Shown here: positions 51,801 through 64,000 of the stretch, piece after piece
Position numbering within the stretch: the stretch's first letter is position 1
Layout of the letters: each line of letters starts with the position of its first letter
Origin: Schmidtea polychroa
Taxonomy: Eukaryota
DNA length: 64,000 nt
Assembly (NCBI GenBank): GCA_044892525.1
Contig: CM097888.1
Location: 38,874,001 to 38,938,000 of the forward strand
Reading direction: 5' to 3'
Translations under genes and position numbers: made by a program
Notes under the pieces: model-generated
What the model was told of the DNA's origin: nothing
The model's input: only the letters and a program-made list of their open reading frames with translations
The model's database searches: none

Positions 51801-54800
51801 TTGTAAATTTATATTTTTGTCAACGGCGCCATGACATTGGATAATAAAATTTAACATATTTATTTTGTTTTAAAATTATAGCATTCTGAATAAATTCAGT
51901 TTCCTTATTTTCAAGTCTAATAAAACAAACTGCTGACTGAATCTTAACAAGAAAAAATGAAATAAAATTTAAAAATAATTAAATATGAATAAGAAAGAAG
52001 CTAAAAGTATTTATAGGTAAAATAGTATGTGAAATAAATAAAAAATATCTAATTATTTATTATAGCGTTTTTTCCCGAAATTAAACATTGATTAACATAT
52101 TGTTAATATATCATTATTTTTAATATATTAAAAAATGATGGGGAAAATATTTTTATCTAGAATTGGACAACTCTACTTTGATCTGTAGAAAAAAGACGAT
52201 AAAACATTGTAAGATATATTTATAAAATATTTTTGAAGTTAATATTTCTTCAGATTTTCAGATATTTCTCTACCTTTCGCTACCTTTTTGCCAAGGTGAA
52301 GATCTGTCTATTTAAGATTTATTCATTAAAATACAAAACATTAAATTAAAAAGGAATTAATATTTTCATAGAATTACAGAAAATGACAAGATTCAGCTTT
52401 AATTAAAAAACTATTTTATCTATGTACTATTTCTTTCCTATTTGTATTAAAACAAATATATGTCTTCATTGATTACTTTATTTGTTTATAGTTAAAACTA
52501 TATTTGACTTACATCATATCGAAATAATTCTAATTAATTTCATAAAATTCCTAAAAAACACCTGAAATTTAATTAAAAATAATTTATATTATAAATGCTG
52601 CCTAAAAGTAATATTTAAGATCTTGAATAATGATCTCATAATTTATAAAATCAAAATTCAAGTCTTAAAAGTTACTTAAAATTCAAAAACTTACTTTAAA
52701 AGGATTTTTAAAAATTGACAAAATGAAGTTAAGTAATAATTGCCACATAAATGGTGAGTCGACTCAACTGGTGTGCACATCAACGTATATTATAGACAAT
52801 GTTCAATTTCGGAATTAGGTGTATGTCTACTATTTAAGTGATAACTATTCCACTTGTGTTATGATTATTTAGCCATGGTTCAATACGTTGATGTTGGCGA
52901 GCTACCCCATATAAGGTTTCACGTTGCCAAATTCCTTTTATTGGGTTAATATTTTAAGCAGAGAAATAAGAATAGCAATTTGAAGATAAGTTTGAAATAT
53001 GAGTATCCCTTAATTTTATTAAAATATTTAACTATATCTTTGATATTTTTTTATTTATGCTAATTCTTTCAGACAACTTAAAATGTTAAACAGAAAATGT
53101 TGATGAATTATTGGATTGTTATAGTTAATACTCTATTAAGTGAATTTTTGACATCAGAAATCTGGTTATACATCTCAATATTTGAAAGTAGCAGAGTAGG
53201 ATTAGTGTTTATTCTTACTTAACACAAATTTTTGGTAATTTGTCAAATGACACTGTAAATGGCATTAGTGATTTTATATCAAATTAAAAGATATATTAAA
53301 CTATAGTCGAAATTTAAATAAAAATAAATGAAATTCAAAAGACAAAAACAAGTAAAAGATGACAAAAAACGACAAAAGATTTTACTGATAGAAATAGCAA
53401 GATTAATTTAGTAGTAAAATATTTATAAAATTTAAGCAAATTAATTAATAACATTAGCATAAAGTCGATTATTATATGAATATAGTTAGATCATAATGAA
53501 AAATATTCATATTATAAATTTTTCATGATGTACAGTTTTGTAATACATTATACATCATTTGTANNNNNNNNNNNNNNNNNNNNNNNNNNNNNNNNNNNNN
53601 NNNNNNNNNNNNNNNNNNNNNNNNNNNNNNNNNNNNNNNNNNNNNNNNNNNNNNNNNNNNNNNNNNNNNNNNNNNNNNNNNNNNNNNNNNNNNNNNNNNN
53701 NNTATTTTATTACTGCTCAAGTAACAGCGAAAGAAGATATTAATAAATTTACAATGCTAAGTCATTAAATAGTGACGCAGATTGTATAGCAGGTTTCAAT
53801 TGAAATTGACAAGTAATTAATAATACCTGTTTTATGTACTTTGACCCACACAATTACCTAACTATGGTTTCCATAGGATAAGACGTCTTTATTTCATTGT
53901 CTACACACTTTTGCAGACATATATGTTGTTGGGGATAATATAAAATCTCACAAAAACTAAATAGAATAAGGGTAAAAATCAATAAAATACTAAAATTAAA
54001 ATTGAAAATTAATATTGAATAGGTATGGTTGAACTCCAAATCACGAGACAAACCCAAAAATAATAATAAATTAGTGAGCCGTTTCAAGAGATGGTTATAA
54101 TGAATAACAAAGTAATTAAAATTAATTACATCGCTAATGGGAAAACCTTTCGTTGATTTTATATTATTATATCTGTATTTGTCTTATTATTTACCATTCA
54201 TACATACCCATGTCCCTCAGACTACGTTAATTTATTAATTTTGACTTTAGATATGTTTTGCATTTTACTAATATATATACAAAGATCAATTTTCTCATTA
54301 TAATAAAAATAGAAATTTAAATTCAATGTTTTAAGAAATGAGTTCAATTTGAATTTCCGATTTGAAATTTAATAAAATTTTAAATATGATTTTTGAAATA
54401 TTGCTTTTGATTTTTATTGGTAATTTATCTTTAATTTATAAGTATTGGATANNNNNNNNNNNNNNNNNNNNNNNNNNNNNNNNNNNNNNNNNNNNNNNNN
54501 NNNNNNNNNNNNNNNNNNNNNNNNNNNNNNNNNNNNNNNNNNNNNNNNNNNNNNNNNNNNNNNNNNNNNNNNNNNNNNNNNNNNNNNNNNNGTAATGAAA
54601 TCAAAGTGGAAAATTGAAAAACAGTTCTTAGGATATTATTATTTATTATTATAATGATTAAAAATTGAATGTAAAATACCATTTATAAATAACTAGAATA
54701 TATTCTAGAAATAATATTAATAATTTCAAATTTCCTATTCTACTTATTACTGAAAATAAACTAAATTATTGGTTATTTAAAAAAATGATTAAATTTACTG

Positions 54801-56339
54801 CAAGTTGAAATGATATTTCATTTTATTCGATTTTGTATTTTATTAATTGAAATTTTTTATTTTCTAATGATAAAAATAATTATTCTTGAAATTGCATTTA
54901 ATTATTCAGAATAGATATGAAAAATCTTCTAGATATAATTTTCATGTTTTTGAAAAGTCCCAAAATTCTATTTAATTTTTCCGTATATTGTATAATTTAC
55001 AAAAATATTTTGCAATTATATTTTGAAAGATTAATTTTTTTCTTGGTAATATTAAGCATTATAAAAAGTTTTTTTTACAAAATAAACTAATGATTGTGTA
55101 ATTGTAATTGAAAAATTAAAATCCTTACTATAATAAAAAATAATACAATAAAAAAAATCAGTGAAAATTAATTAAAAGTCAGCAAAATACTCAAAGAAGA
55201 ACATTTTGAAATTTTATTTAAGATCTTAGGAATTTATTATCAATGTCTTACAAATAAATTTTTCAAAACTTATTAAAAGTTTTGAGTAGATTTTAAAATG
55301 AACCATACATAACTTTATTTGAAAACTAAAAATTTAGAAAAGTTCTTAAACTCACGGATAAAAGCCACGTCCCAACGTATGTATATTACACTCATTACAA
55401 AGAAATCTTTGAGCGAGAATTTCTTCTCCTAGCTGGCAGTTAAAATAAACCTTCATTTTAAGGATTCAAAAACATAAGATCTTACTTAATCGAATTTTTT
55501 GTTTGAAAATAATTGTCGTTCAATTCATGTCAAATTTGAACGATTGATCAGCTGGAAAAAACAAACACAAAAAAGACACATAAAATCTAATAAAATTAAA
55601 TATAAATATCTGTAAAACCTGCAAGAAAAATCTATTAGTAAACTAAGCCTAATATTGATTTAATATTTATAATATTTTTCATTTAAAATAATTTCTTTCC
55701 AAAATCAAAATAGGTGTGAAAATAAATTAAGTATAAAATAATCATTTCTCAAATAAATTAAATTCTGTCCTGTTTCCATTATGTTAAAAGCATTTTCAAA
55801 CAGACTCACTGTCAGACATATTAAAACAAATTCTGTTAAAAATAAATTTTGAAATAAATATATTTTATTCATGTAGTCTATTTAAAATCTGAGAATAATA
55901 ATTAAACAATTAAATTTCAATTATTGTGATTTTTTATCTAACATTGCGGTCTGTAGAGTAATAATTAATTTTAATGTTAATTTTTCATTTAATATTGTTA
56001 CGCCACGTTGCAACAAATAAGATACATCTGCAGCATTTTATCTTTTACTAATAATTTCATCGACTTCAAAATAATGTACTAGATAATTATTTGGTAACTA
56101 TTAGGGCAGAGTGAGGAATGTAATATTCAACCCAAATAAATTAAGGTCTAATTAATTTATATATAGAAAAAAACACTTATTTCAAATAAGGATAGATATT
56201 AGACTCGACCGGCATGAATTATGTAATACGCCAATCCCTCGAATTGCGCGATACCCATTTTATGCGGTCATTAAAAATAATATTTTTTTAATAAAATCAA
56301 ACATATTTGTTGGCAAGTGTCTCTCAAATAATAATGATG

Positions 56340-56657
56340 AACCAAATAAATTTACGTGTTAAGACATTTCTGAAATTATACAATTGACCAGTAACTTAAA
56401 AAATAAGGTTTTGGCCATTGATCCTGATATCGACCGCGCTGTTAAATTTCAGCGAGACATTAAAAGCCTTTGCGCGCAATACAGTGAAATTTACAAAGAT
56501 TAAAAAAAACAAAACACAAAAATTGGTTATAGACTATTTAATAAGACGAGAAGAAGAGCACGCTGCTGGATTTGAATCCGATGATAGTAGCGATTTCGAG
56601 CCAACCAAAAAGAAAAAATTGGTTGAATTAGCAAAAAGTGGTGAGAAGGCGGAATAA
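56340..56657 (+). pseudogene. Relic of the C-terminus of a pogo/Tigger transposase
   Basis: FTC*DISEIIQLTSNLKNKVLAIDPDIDRAVKFQRDIKSLCAQYSEIYKD*, then frameshifted TQKLVIDYL...SDDSSDFEP. This fits the DP..R...Y.EIY..KK..Q C-terminal pattern of Tigger. Confidence 0.65.
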
Positions 56658-57094
56658 TTAAATTACAATTATTCGTTTTAATATACCTTTTAACTATGAG
56701 TATATTATAAATTTTACAATTTAAAATTTAAATGTCGATTTTTTAAAAAAATGATCGAAGTCACGGAATGTATAGAAAATTATTACAATCATTATGGTTT
56801 CACGGATGAGAAACAAAAGTCCGAAGGTTATTAAACTTTTTAAATCGAGAAGCTGTCAGCCGTTTTCCTTGGCGTTTTCTTAGCTTTGGACTTGTTTTGC
56901 TGATTTCTGACTTCCGTTACCAAAACGTATAAGGTGGTCTTTCCGTTTGTATTTTTATTTTTGATTTAAGAATTTTTAGAAGAATTTGTTGATCTTTGCC
57001 AAAAGGAAGTCATTTATTTTACTATCAGATGAAATTAGGTATTTTAGAAATTGCTTTCTTAACATAATCTAATCTATGCATTTCAATGAAATGA

Positions 57095-57300
57095 GTAATT
57101 GAAGACGGTATTGTGTTATAAGATAAACTTATGTATGATGAATCTATTCAATTTTCACAAAGATGAAACGTTAATTTCAGATATCGGTTGGATTTATCCC
57201 ACCTTGGTAAAATGGTATCGATGTTGTAAATGAAGATGTAAAGAAAGTTTTAGCAAACTGAGAGCCCAACGATAATATTCATACAAAACATGAATTAGAG
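57095..57300 (+). pseudogene. Decayed Ty3/gypsy integrase N-terminal (HHCC) region
   Basis: Across frames: IEDGIVL* ... LDLSHLGK ... NEDVKKVLAN*EP, resembling DGIL...H.GHLG...DV...V..C..C. Confidence 0.4.
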
Positions 57301-57808
57301 GATGAGCGAAGTAGATGAAAATTATTCAAAAATGGCTAAAAGAAATCGAAAGTTTAAATTTATGAAGTGAAAATGATTTACATTACAGAAGTGTTACTGG
57401 GGTTTTAACTTCTAATAGTGAAACAGGAAGTGTTCAGTTTTTTTAATGTTTACATCATATTTCATGATCAAGAAAATGTACTTGACCCAAATTTGGAAAA
57501 GTTGAAGTTTGAATTAGCCNNNNNNNNNNNNNNNNNNNNNNNNNNNNNNNNNNNNNNNNNNNNNNNNNNNNNNNNNNNNNNNNNNNNNNNNNNNNNNNNN
57601 NNNNNNNNNNNNNNNNNNNNNNNNNNNNNNNNNNNNNNNNNNNNNNNNNATTACCTAAACAAGTCACTATAACCTTGATATTTGATGACTGATGCTGGAA
57701 TGTTTGGGTGTGGAATGAATTGAAGTAAGAAAACCGGGATGTTTAGTTGATTAATAATATTCCAATTTTAGATTATGGAATAGGAAGCAATATAAATAAT
57801 GTTGCAAT

Positions 57809-58519
57809 TAGAGTTTCTGGACGTGACTCGACCTGAACCTGAATCCATTGGTAATGATCTCAAACCCCGGATCCTGGATCCGGGTTCTAAATGCACAACT
57901 TCGGTTACCTATAATTTCAAGTTTTAAAATAAAACAACTTTTGTAAAAATCAAAATGCATTATTATATTTAAATTGTTTTAACTGTAATTAAAGAATAAA
58001 ATTAATTAAAATAGGATTTTACTTGTTTTCATGCATGACCTTTGATAGGGAAATGTGGTTTTGCATACCTCAGTGAAGTGCACCACTACAACGCTATAAT
58101 TAGACTCTAGAATAGATTGATTCCAGACTAAAAGATGGGAAACACATCGGTACCAGTCGAAATCGAGTGTGTGTTGGTAAATCCAACATCTGGCCTAAAT
58201 CGAAAATCAGAGTGCGAAAAAATCCCTCCAAGTTTATTTTTGTGCATGACGAGTGGAGATTCGCTATTTGCCCTTCCACTGAGCAAAATTTCATAAATAC
58301 GTTCATATGCTTGTATAGTTGACTCAGTTTTTAGATAATTGGTTTTCAATATTATAAGTTATTGTTTTTTAACATTATTTGCATAAATTTAATTAAAATT
58401 AATTTTTAAAATTCGGATTTTTTTTAATATAATAATTTTGGATTAGAATCCGCTGGCTTTCTAAAATATTGGACCCAGTATCAACGAGTTTCAAAAGATC
58501 GGATTTATCAGAAACCCTA
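57809..58519 (-). mobile_element. Internally deleted hAT element with a transposase dimerisation-domain remnant
   Basis: Ends TAGAGTTTCTG / TAGGGTTTCTG; GGATCCGG/CGGATT subterminal motifs. ORF 58128-58349 contains EILLSGRANSES...GGIFSHSDFRFRPD. The TSD is not preserved. Confidence 0.5.
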
Positions 58520-59134
58520 ATTTTATTTTGAATTTTAATAAATAAATATTTTAATATAATTAATCTTCTAACAATAATAATAATAATAATTACTTTAAAA
58601 TTTTATTTAAATTTAGAAAAATATTATTTTAATTCTGTCAAATATTTAAGTGACAACATATAATTTCAGAATGGTTTTAATTAATAATGTTAAATACAAA
58701 TATTTTACAATTTAACTAACGAGAATAATCTCGATCAACTGTTTTATGGTTATTTAATAATTATTTAGAAAAATATTATTTTAGAAAAAATTATTTTTAT
58801 CATTTCGATTTAACAAACAGCAAAATAAAATTATTATCCTATTTGATGTAATATTTGTAATATCTAAAATAAGACTTTTCAATAATAATTTTTACCTGAA
58901 TTGAAAGTTAATTAAACATAAAATATTTTATTTGTGTACTAGAAAGCCAACAATACAAATAATAATATTTATTAAATTTCGCTACGAGCAATATCGCACT
59001 TCTAATTAGAAATTGACACAAAATTTATAAATGATGACAATAAAATTTATTTCTACCAACAGAAAGTTTTTGACTCACAAACAAAAATTAAAAATATGAA
59101 TTTCCTTTACAATATAATAATTTTGCAACAATTT

Positions 59135-59250
59135 TTATATCCATTTTCTACAGCATGTCAACAAATGAATAAATGTTTTTCTGAACGTTCTGTTACAGAG
59201 TGCATAAAGCATCGGGTTAACCGTTGAATTTATGTAGCACAACCAATATC
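59135..59250 (-). CDS. mAChR: mAChR coding exon 2 (TM7, helix 8, stop); not in the ORF track
   Basis: Acceptor ttattaag|GA. Phase-1 join gives [38 protein letters not shown] (116 nt). Intron 59251-61773 is 2523 bp. Confidence 0.95.
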
Positions 59251-61773
59251 CTTAATAATAAATAAATTAGTAAATTTAAAGAAAAATAATTAAGCTTTTT
59301 ATAAATTTTTAGAAATATATTTTTGCATAATTAGTTAAAATGGTCAAATAAAGAATAAAACGCGAATGGAGTTTGAATGATGTAAAAAAACATGAACAGT
59401 CAAATATAGAAACACTTTTAGATAACAGAAATTGTATAATTTTAAAAATAATTTTTAGCAGTTTCATTTTCAAGTAATTTTTGTTAGTTATTATTATTGG
59501 TAGCAGCATAAGTTAAATGTTAAACAAGTAATGGATAAGATAAGCCTTTTGCGGCAAAGTTGATATTGATTGAAAAGATTTTCAATTATTAGATAATCCT
59601 TTTCAATTAAAAAAAATTGAAAAGAATTATTTAATAATCGATATTTATTTCCTTTAATGCAAACTTTGCAACATACTTTGCACGTTTATATTTATTTAAT
59701 ATATTTATTATGATAATTATTATTAATAGAAGTTGTTAATGTATGATAACTTCTATAATATGACCTTATAAACTTATTAAATAGTTAATTTGTTTTTATC
59801 AGAAATTTGTTTAGCCCAACCGAGTCACCTGTAAAAATACTGTGATTGTATGATAAATAATACAAAGGAAAATAACAATTACAATATCAAATTACTTAAT
59901 CAACAGAAATTGAAAAAATTACTTACAATGATTCAAATTCAGTTTATAAGCATAATACATGATAAAAGTTCCGAATAGATGTGGGGTATAAGATGATATC
60001 CTTTAAATTCTTTTTAATTTCGCTAGCGATTATTAATTGTTCTATTTCCTTTTGAAGTTTCTTGGTACTTTACTGATTCTTTCTTATTTGCTTTGTATTG
60101 ACTTTTTTTAATTCAATTTTTTATTTTATGAATATTTCTATAGCGATAGTAAATAATTGCTATATAGTTTTTATAAAAATATGAACTCGCTACAAATTCT
60201 AATCTTAAACAAAAAAAATTAATATAATACTACTCTACAGAAATCTATACTTGTAATGTTAATAGTCCAAAAATTTCATCTTAATTAAAATATTTTTTCT
60301 TCATTCAATTAAAATGTTTTTTTTATTATGCCATTAGTGTAATTTCATTCTTTTAAAAATTAGAAATTGATCACTTTTAAAATTCTGACTAAATTATGTC
60401 ATTTTTACTCTTCATGCTTTTTTATCCATCTAAAATTTAAATTCTAAATTATATTTAAAGTTCTTTGGTTCAAGTACATTATTCAAACTCTGTCTGTACT
60501 TTATTGTTGAATCGAATATGAGCCCTTTCAATTCTATGATCAAATTTACATGTTGAAAGTATCATGACCAAATTAATCCAAACATATATATCAAATTCAT
60601 TAAATAAATTTTTATTATTGTCACAAATACCGATTTAGTCATTGCATGTTTTTTCTTTTGAATTTCACATTTAAAATCTTTTTGCTCTTTTGACCTGCTG
60701 AATTTTGACAGGTCACTGTTACAAAAAATAAACAGATGTAGCTGTAAAATTCCAAATTGCAAAATTTCATATTTCAGCAAATATAAGGAAAATATTTTAC
60801 TTTTATACGCATTGATTTATTATCATTTTCTTTTTCCCAATTCTTTTTTTTCAGAAAAGAAATTAATACTTGTTTTATATTTATTAAATGCAGTTGTTTT
60901 AATGATGATATTTAATATTTTTTTATTTTAATAAAAGATCAAAATTTTAATTTTAAGCATCTCAAATTTCCGGCCTTACCTTTATCAAGTGTAATATTTT
61001 GTGTTGCGTAGAATTAAATTTTTGATCTTTTATCAGAATGAAAATAAATGAAATACAGAAAATATAAAATAAATCAAAGCTGGCTCAAAAGATAAAAAAA
61101 TAATGGAAACTTTTTAAAATCCTAAATAAATTTTTGGTATAATTATTAATTATTCACGCAAATATGTAATAAATATATATATATATGCAATCAAAAGTAC
61201 TTAGAAGATATTTGAATTTTAATCATTTTTAACAATTTTATTAAATTTAGTTTGATCTAAAAATTTCAATAATTAAAATTATAATAAATATTATTAAAAT
61301 CACAGGAAAATTTTTAGATATAAATAATATATTTAAAAATCGGAATTCTTTATTATTTTGGGGTTTTAGTATATTAAAATTCAACACACAGATAAGTTTG
61401 AATTTTTATAATATAGGTTTATTGAATTTTTTATATTATAAATTTTATTATTCCACGTAAACAGGCGTAGAACCGGATGTATTTTCCATTTGTGCTGTGG
61501 TTCTGACTATTTGCCACTAAAATTTATGTGTGTATCTTCTGGCAGTGTTCACATTTGTTTGCCTATTGCGGAATTAATATGGAAATGGTGTATACACTAA
61601 TTTCACTGGTCATATGTGACTTGATGAAGGCAGACCAAAATAAACGAATAAGAAAATTGTTACTAAGTAGGTCATAATAAAATCTTTAAATTGAAATTTA
61701 GACAAGGTAAAGCTAGATGAAAAGAAATATAACAATTGATCTCAAAACATTATTATTATTTTTATTATCTCAC

Positions 61774-63028
61774 CGATATTGTACAATGTTTTCCCTATTG
61801 GTTTTTTCAATGGTGGGTAGAAGGCATTGATAATTGTAAAGACGTTGTACGGAGTCCAAGTGATAATGAACACAAGTAAAATTGCACTGAGTATCTTAGC
61901 AGCTTTTTTGTCTGGTTTGTGTATTCTTTTCCGATGGACGCAATTGTTCACCAAAATGACCGAATATGAATCACTCCTGTTAGAAATAATTGAGGGTTTA
62001 TGTATTTTTCGGTGGCAGTCGATTTCATTGATGTCCGATGCAAATGACTGTGAAACCGAATTTATCATTTGAGATTTCAAGTTTTTTTCATCAGGAAGAA
62101 ATGTAATTGATACGCTTTCTTTATCAGAAATTCTTTCCACGGAATTTGAAACAGTTTTCATTAACTTTGTATTTGTCCTCAAAAAACGAGAGCTATCTTT
62201 AGAAAATCTGTGATTTGTAAACCTTATAACCGAAGGTCTTTGAAATAAGGAAGCCAACGATATTGACCTAAAATATTCTCTAGAATGATTCATTTTATTT
62301 AAATCTTCAGTTGACGGACATGTGACCCTTTGCCAAAATTTTATATGTTCAGATTTCTCACATAACTGTATATTTGAAGATCTACTAAAATTTGTTTTAA
62401 TCAAAGTTCTTGTTTGAGTAGTGCGATAGATTTGAATGTACAAAACTGCTATAATAATCGTTGGTATAAAATATACCAATGACGATACCAACACAGTAAG
62501 TATTGGAAGGAAGAATAAAAATTGAACATAACATTCACCGAAGGGTATGGAATGACTTTTAAACATGACTGGAATCACATTGATTAATGGCACCCATATC
62601 AATGCTGATACGATCCAGGCGCTAACGATCCATTTGATTACTTTTTTGTTCGTTCTTTTTATTCTATAAGATATTGGACTCTTTACTGACAAATATCTGT
62701 CCAAAGAAATTATAAATAGATTAGCGACAGATGCGTTTGAAACTGTGTAATCAACTGTTAGCCAAATATTACAAATTGTGTTTGAAAATGGCCATTTGTC
62801 GAGAATCAGAAATGTTGTATAAAGAGGCATTGAAATAACTCCAATGAATAAATCGGAAACAGCAAGAGATATGAGAAAGTAGTTACTGAGAAATCGCAGA
62901 CTCTTTTTGTAACAAAATCCAACAATGACCAAAATGTTTCCAGCAACAGTTATGAAAATTACAATAAAACTTAGGAAAGAATAAATAATTATCTCTGTCA
63001 GATTTAATTTCTGTGGAGACGAAATCAT
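61774..63028 (-). CDS. mAChR: Muscarinic acetylcholine receptor (class A GPCR, A-type/M1-M3-M5-like), coding exon 1 (TM1-TM6). The N-terminus may extend into the adjacent gap
   Basis: GNILV, SNYFLISLAVSDL, WLTVDY (D3.32), SNASVANL, LDRYLSV, ECYVQF and KKAAKILSAILLVFIITWTPYNV (N6.52). Donor ATCG|GTGAG is at 61774/61773. The frame is open (TCA TCA) upstream of the ATG up to the N-run. Confidence 0.96.
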
Positions 63029-63514
63029 TGATGAANNNNNNNNNNNNNNNNNNNNNNNNNNNNNNNNNNNNNNNNNNNNNNNNNNNNNNNNNNNNNNNNN
63101 NNNNNNNNNNNNNNNNNNNNNNNNNNNNNNNNNNNNNNNNNNNNNNNNNNNNNNNNNNNNNNNNNNNNNNNNNNNNNNNNNNNNNNNNNNNNNNNNNNNN
63201 NNNNNNNNNNNNNNNNNNNNNNNNNNNNNATTAATAATTACTACTTTTATATCGGCTTCCTGTCACCTAAAGCGAATATTATATTTTTACTTAACAAAAT
63301 TTTTATAATTTAGTTTTATTATGAAAAAATATACGTAGGTGGCGTTTTAAATCCTAAAATATTATTTCAAGTAAATTTAATTATTTTAAACTATTTATAA
63401 TAGTGTGTTTTTGTTTTCTAGTTTCAAAATATAGAATGGGTATACTAGCTTTTTATTAATGCTTAAAAAATTATTATTCTTTTTATGTTTTATTTTTCAT
63501 AATAAATAATATTT

Positions 63515-63625
63515 TTAACATTCGTGCTATTGGATTGCATCTATATTTTATTATTCCAGTTACAGCATCCTCTGAAGGATTACTCAAACCGTTTACATTT
63601 ATTTTGGAAACTTATTTTAAATAAC
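63515..63625 (+). pseudogene. Relic of a hAT (Tip100/ZMYM-like) dimerisation domain
   Basis: FNIRAIGLHLYFIIPVTASSEGLLKPFTFILETYF resembles FPNI.IALRIYLTIPVT.AS.ERSFSKLKLIKTYLR. Confidence 0.45.
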
Positions 63626-64000
63626 TTCAATGGTTTAAATAAATTTTAAAATTAAGTACAGGATAGCCCAGGGTACAGTACTATCCAAAATCTATGGTTT
63701 TGTACTGAGCTCTAAATAATATGTCCAAGATAAACATAGGATATTGCAGAAAAGTAAAGAGTCTTGAACTTTAAAGATTCCATCGATCCCTAGGTAGGAC
63801 AATTTATCTTTCACAAATTTTAATTTCTATGGATTCTCAGATTTTCTAATAAACCAAGGCTTCACATTCGATATAAAAAGCAGGATTCTAATGAAACTGG
63901 AAATTATAGAATACTTCCTTACCTTCCTTTCTTTTTCAACATTTCCGGTAGTCTAACATCTAATTTGTTTTTCTTCAATGTCTTTAATTTTTTAAAAATC

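Noticed and set aside
52755-52766. Perfect 12-bp palindrome TGAGTCGACTCA (double AP-1-like half sites)
   Set aside because: A single short palindrome is expected by chance in 64 kb; no supporting context.
62072-62095. CUGAUGA...GAAA on the minus strand as a hammerhead
   Set aside because: It is coding sequence (PDEKNLKS) of mAChR; stem II is only 2 weak pairs and there is no stem III.
2908-63234. Many ORF-track entries dominated by X
   Set aside because: Artefacts of reading through N-gaps.

Overview
Very AT-rich animal (bilaterian invertebrate-like) genomic scaffold with many short N-gaps; no prokaryotic content is visible. Two intron-containing neurotransmitter GPCR genes lie on the minus strand. 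The first is a group II-like metabotropic glutamate receptor: four exons reconstructed from 36059 down to 3356, a 22.9-kb first intron, and the C-terminal TM exons off-window or in gaps. The second is a two-exon A-type (Gq-signature) muscarinic acetylcholine receptor (63028-59135). The rest is a dense, diverse mobilome. It includes a near-intact 1376-bp IS630/Tc1-mariner DD34E element whose TIRs are built from four tandem 21-bp units, a near-complete BED-finger hAT transposon, and MITEs of hAT, Tc2/pogo, Tigger, piggyBac (one nested in a Tigger MITE) and Merlin type. It also includes pogo, hAT and Ty3/gypsy relics, and an unclassified fold-back repeat family. The best hidden element is a minimal type I hammerhead ribozyme at 23490-23528 (minus strand). 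It lies about 265 bp downstream of a Penelope GIY-YIG relic, in sense orientation inside mGluR intron 1. All calls come from manual reading of the sequence; no searches were run.
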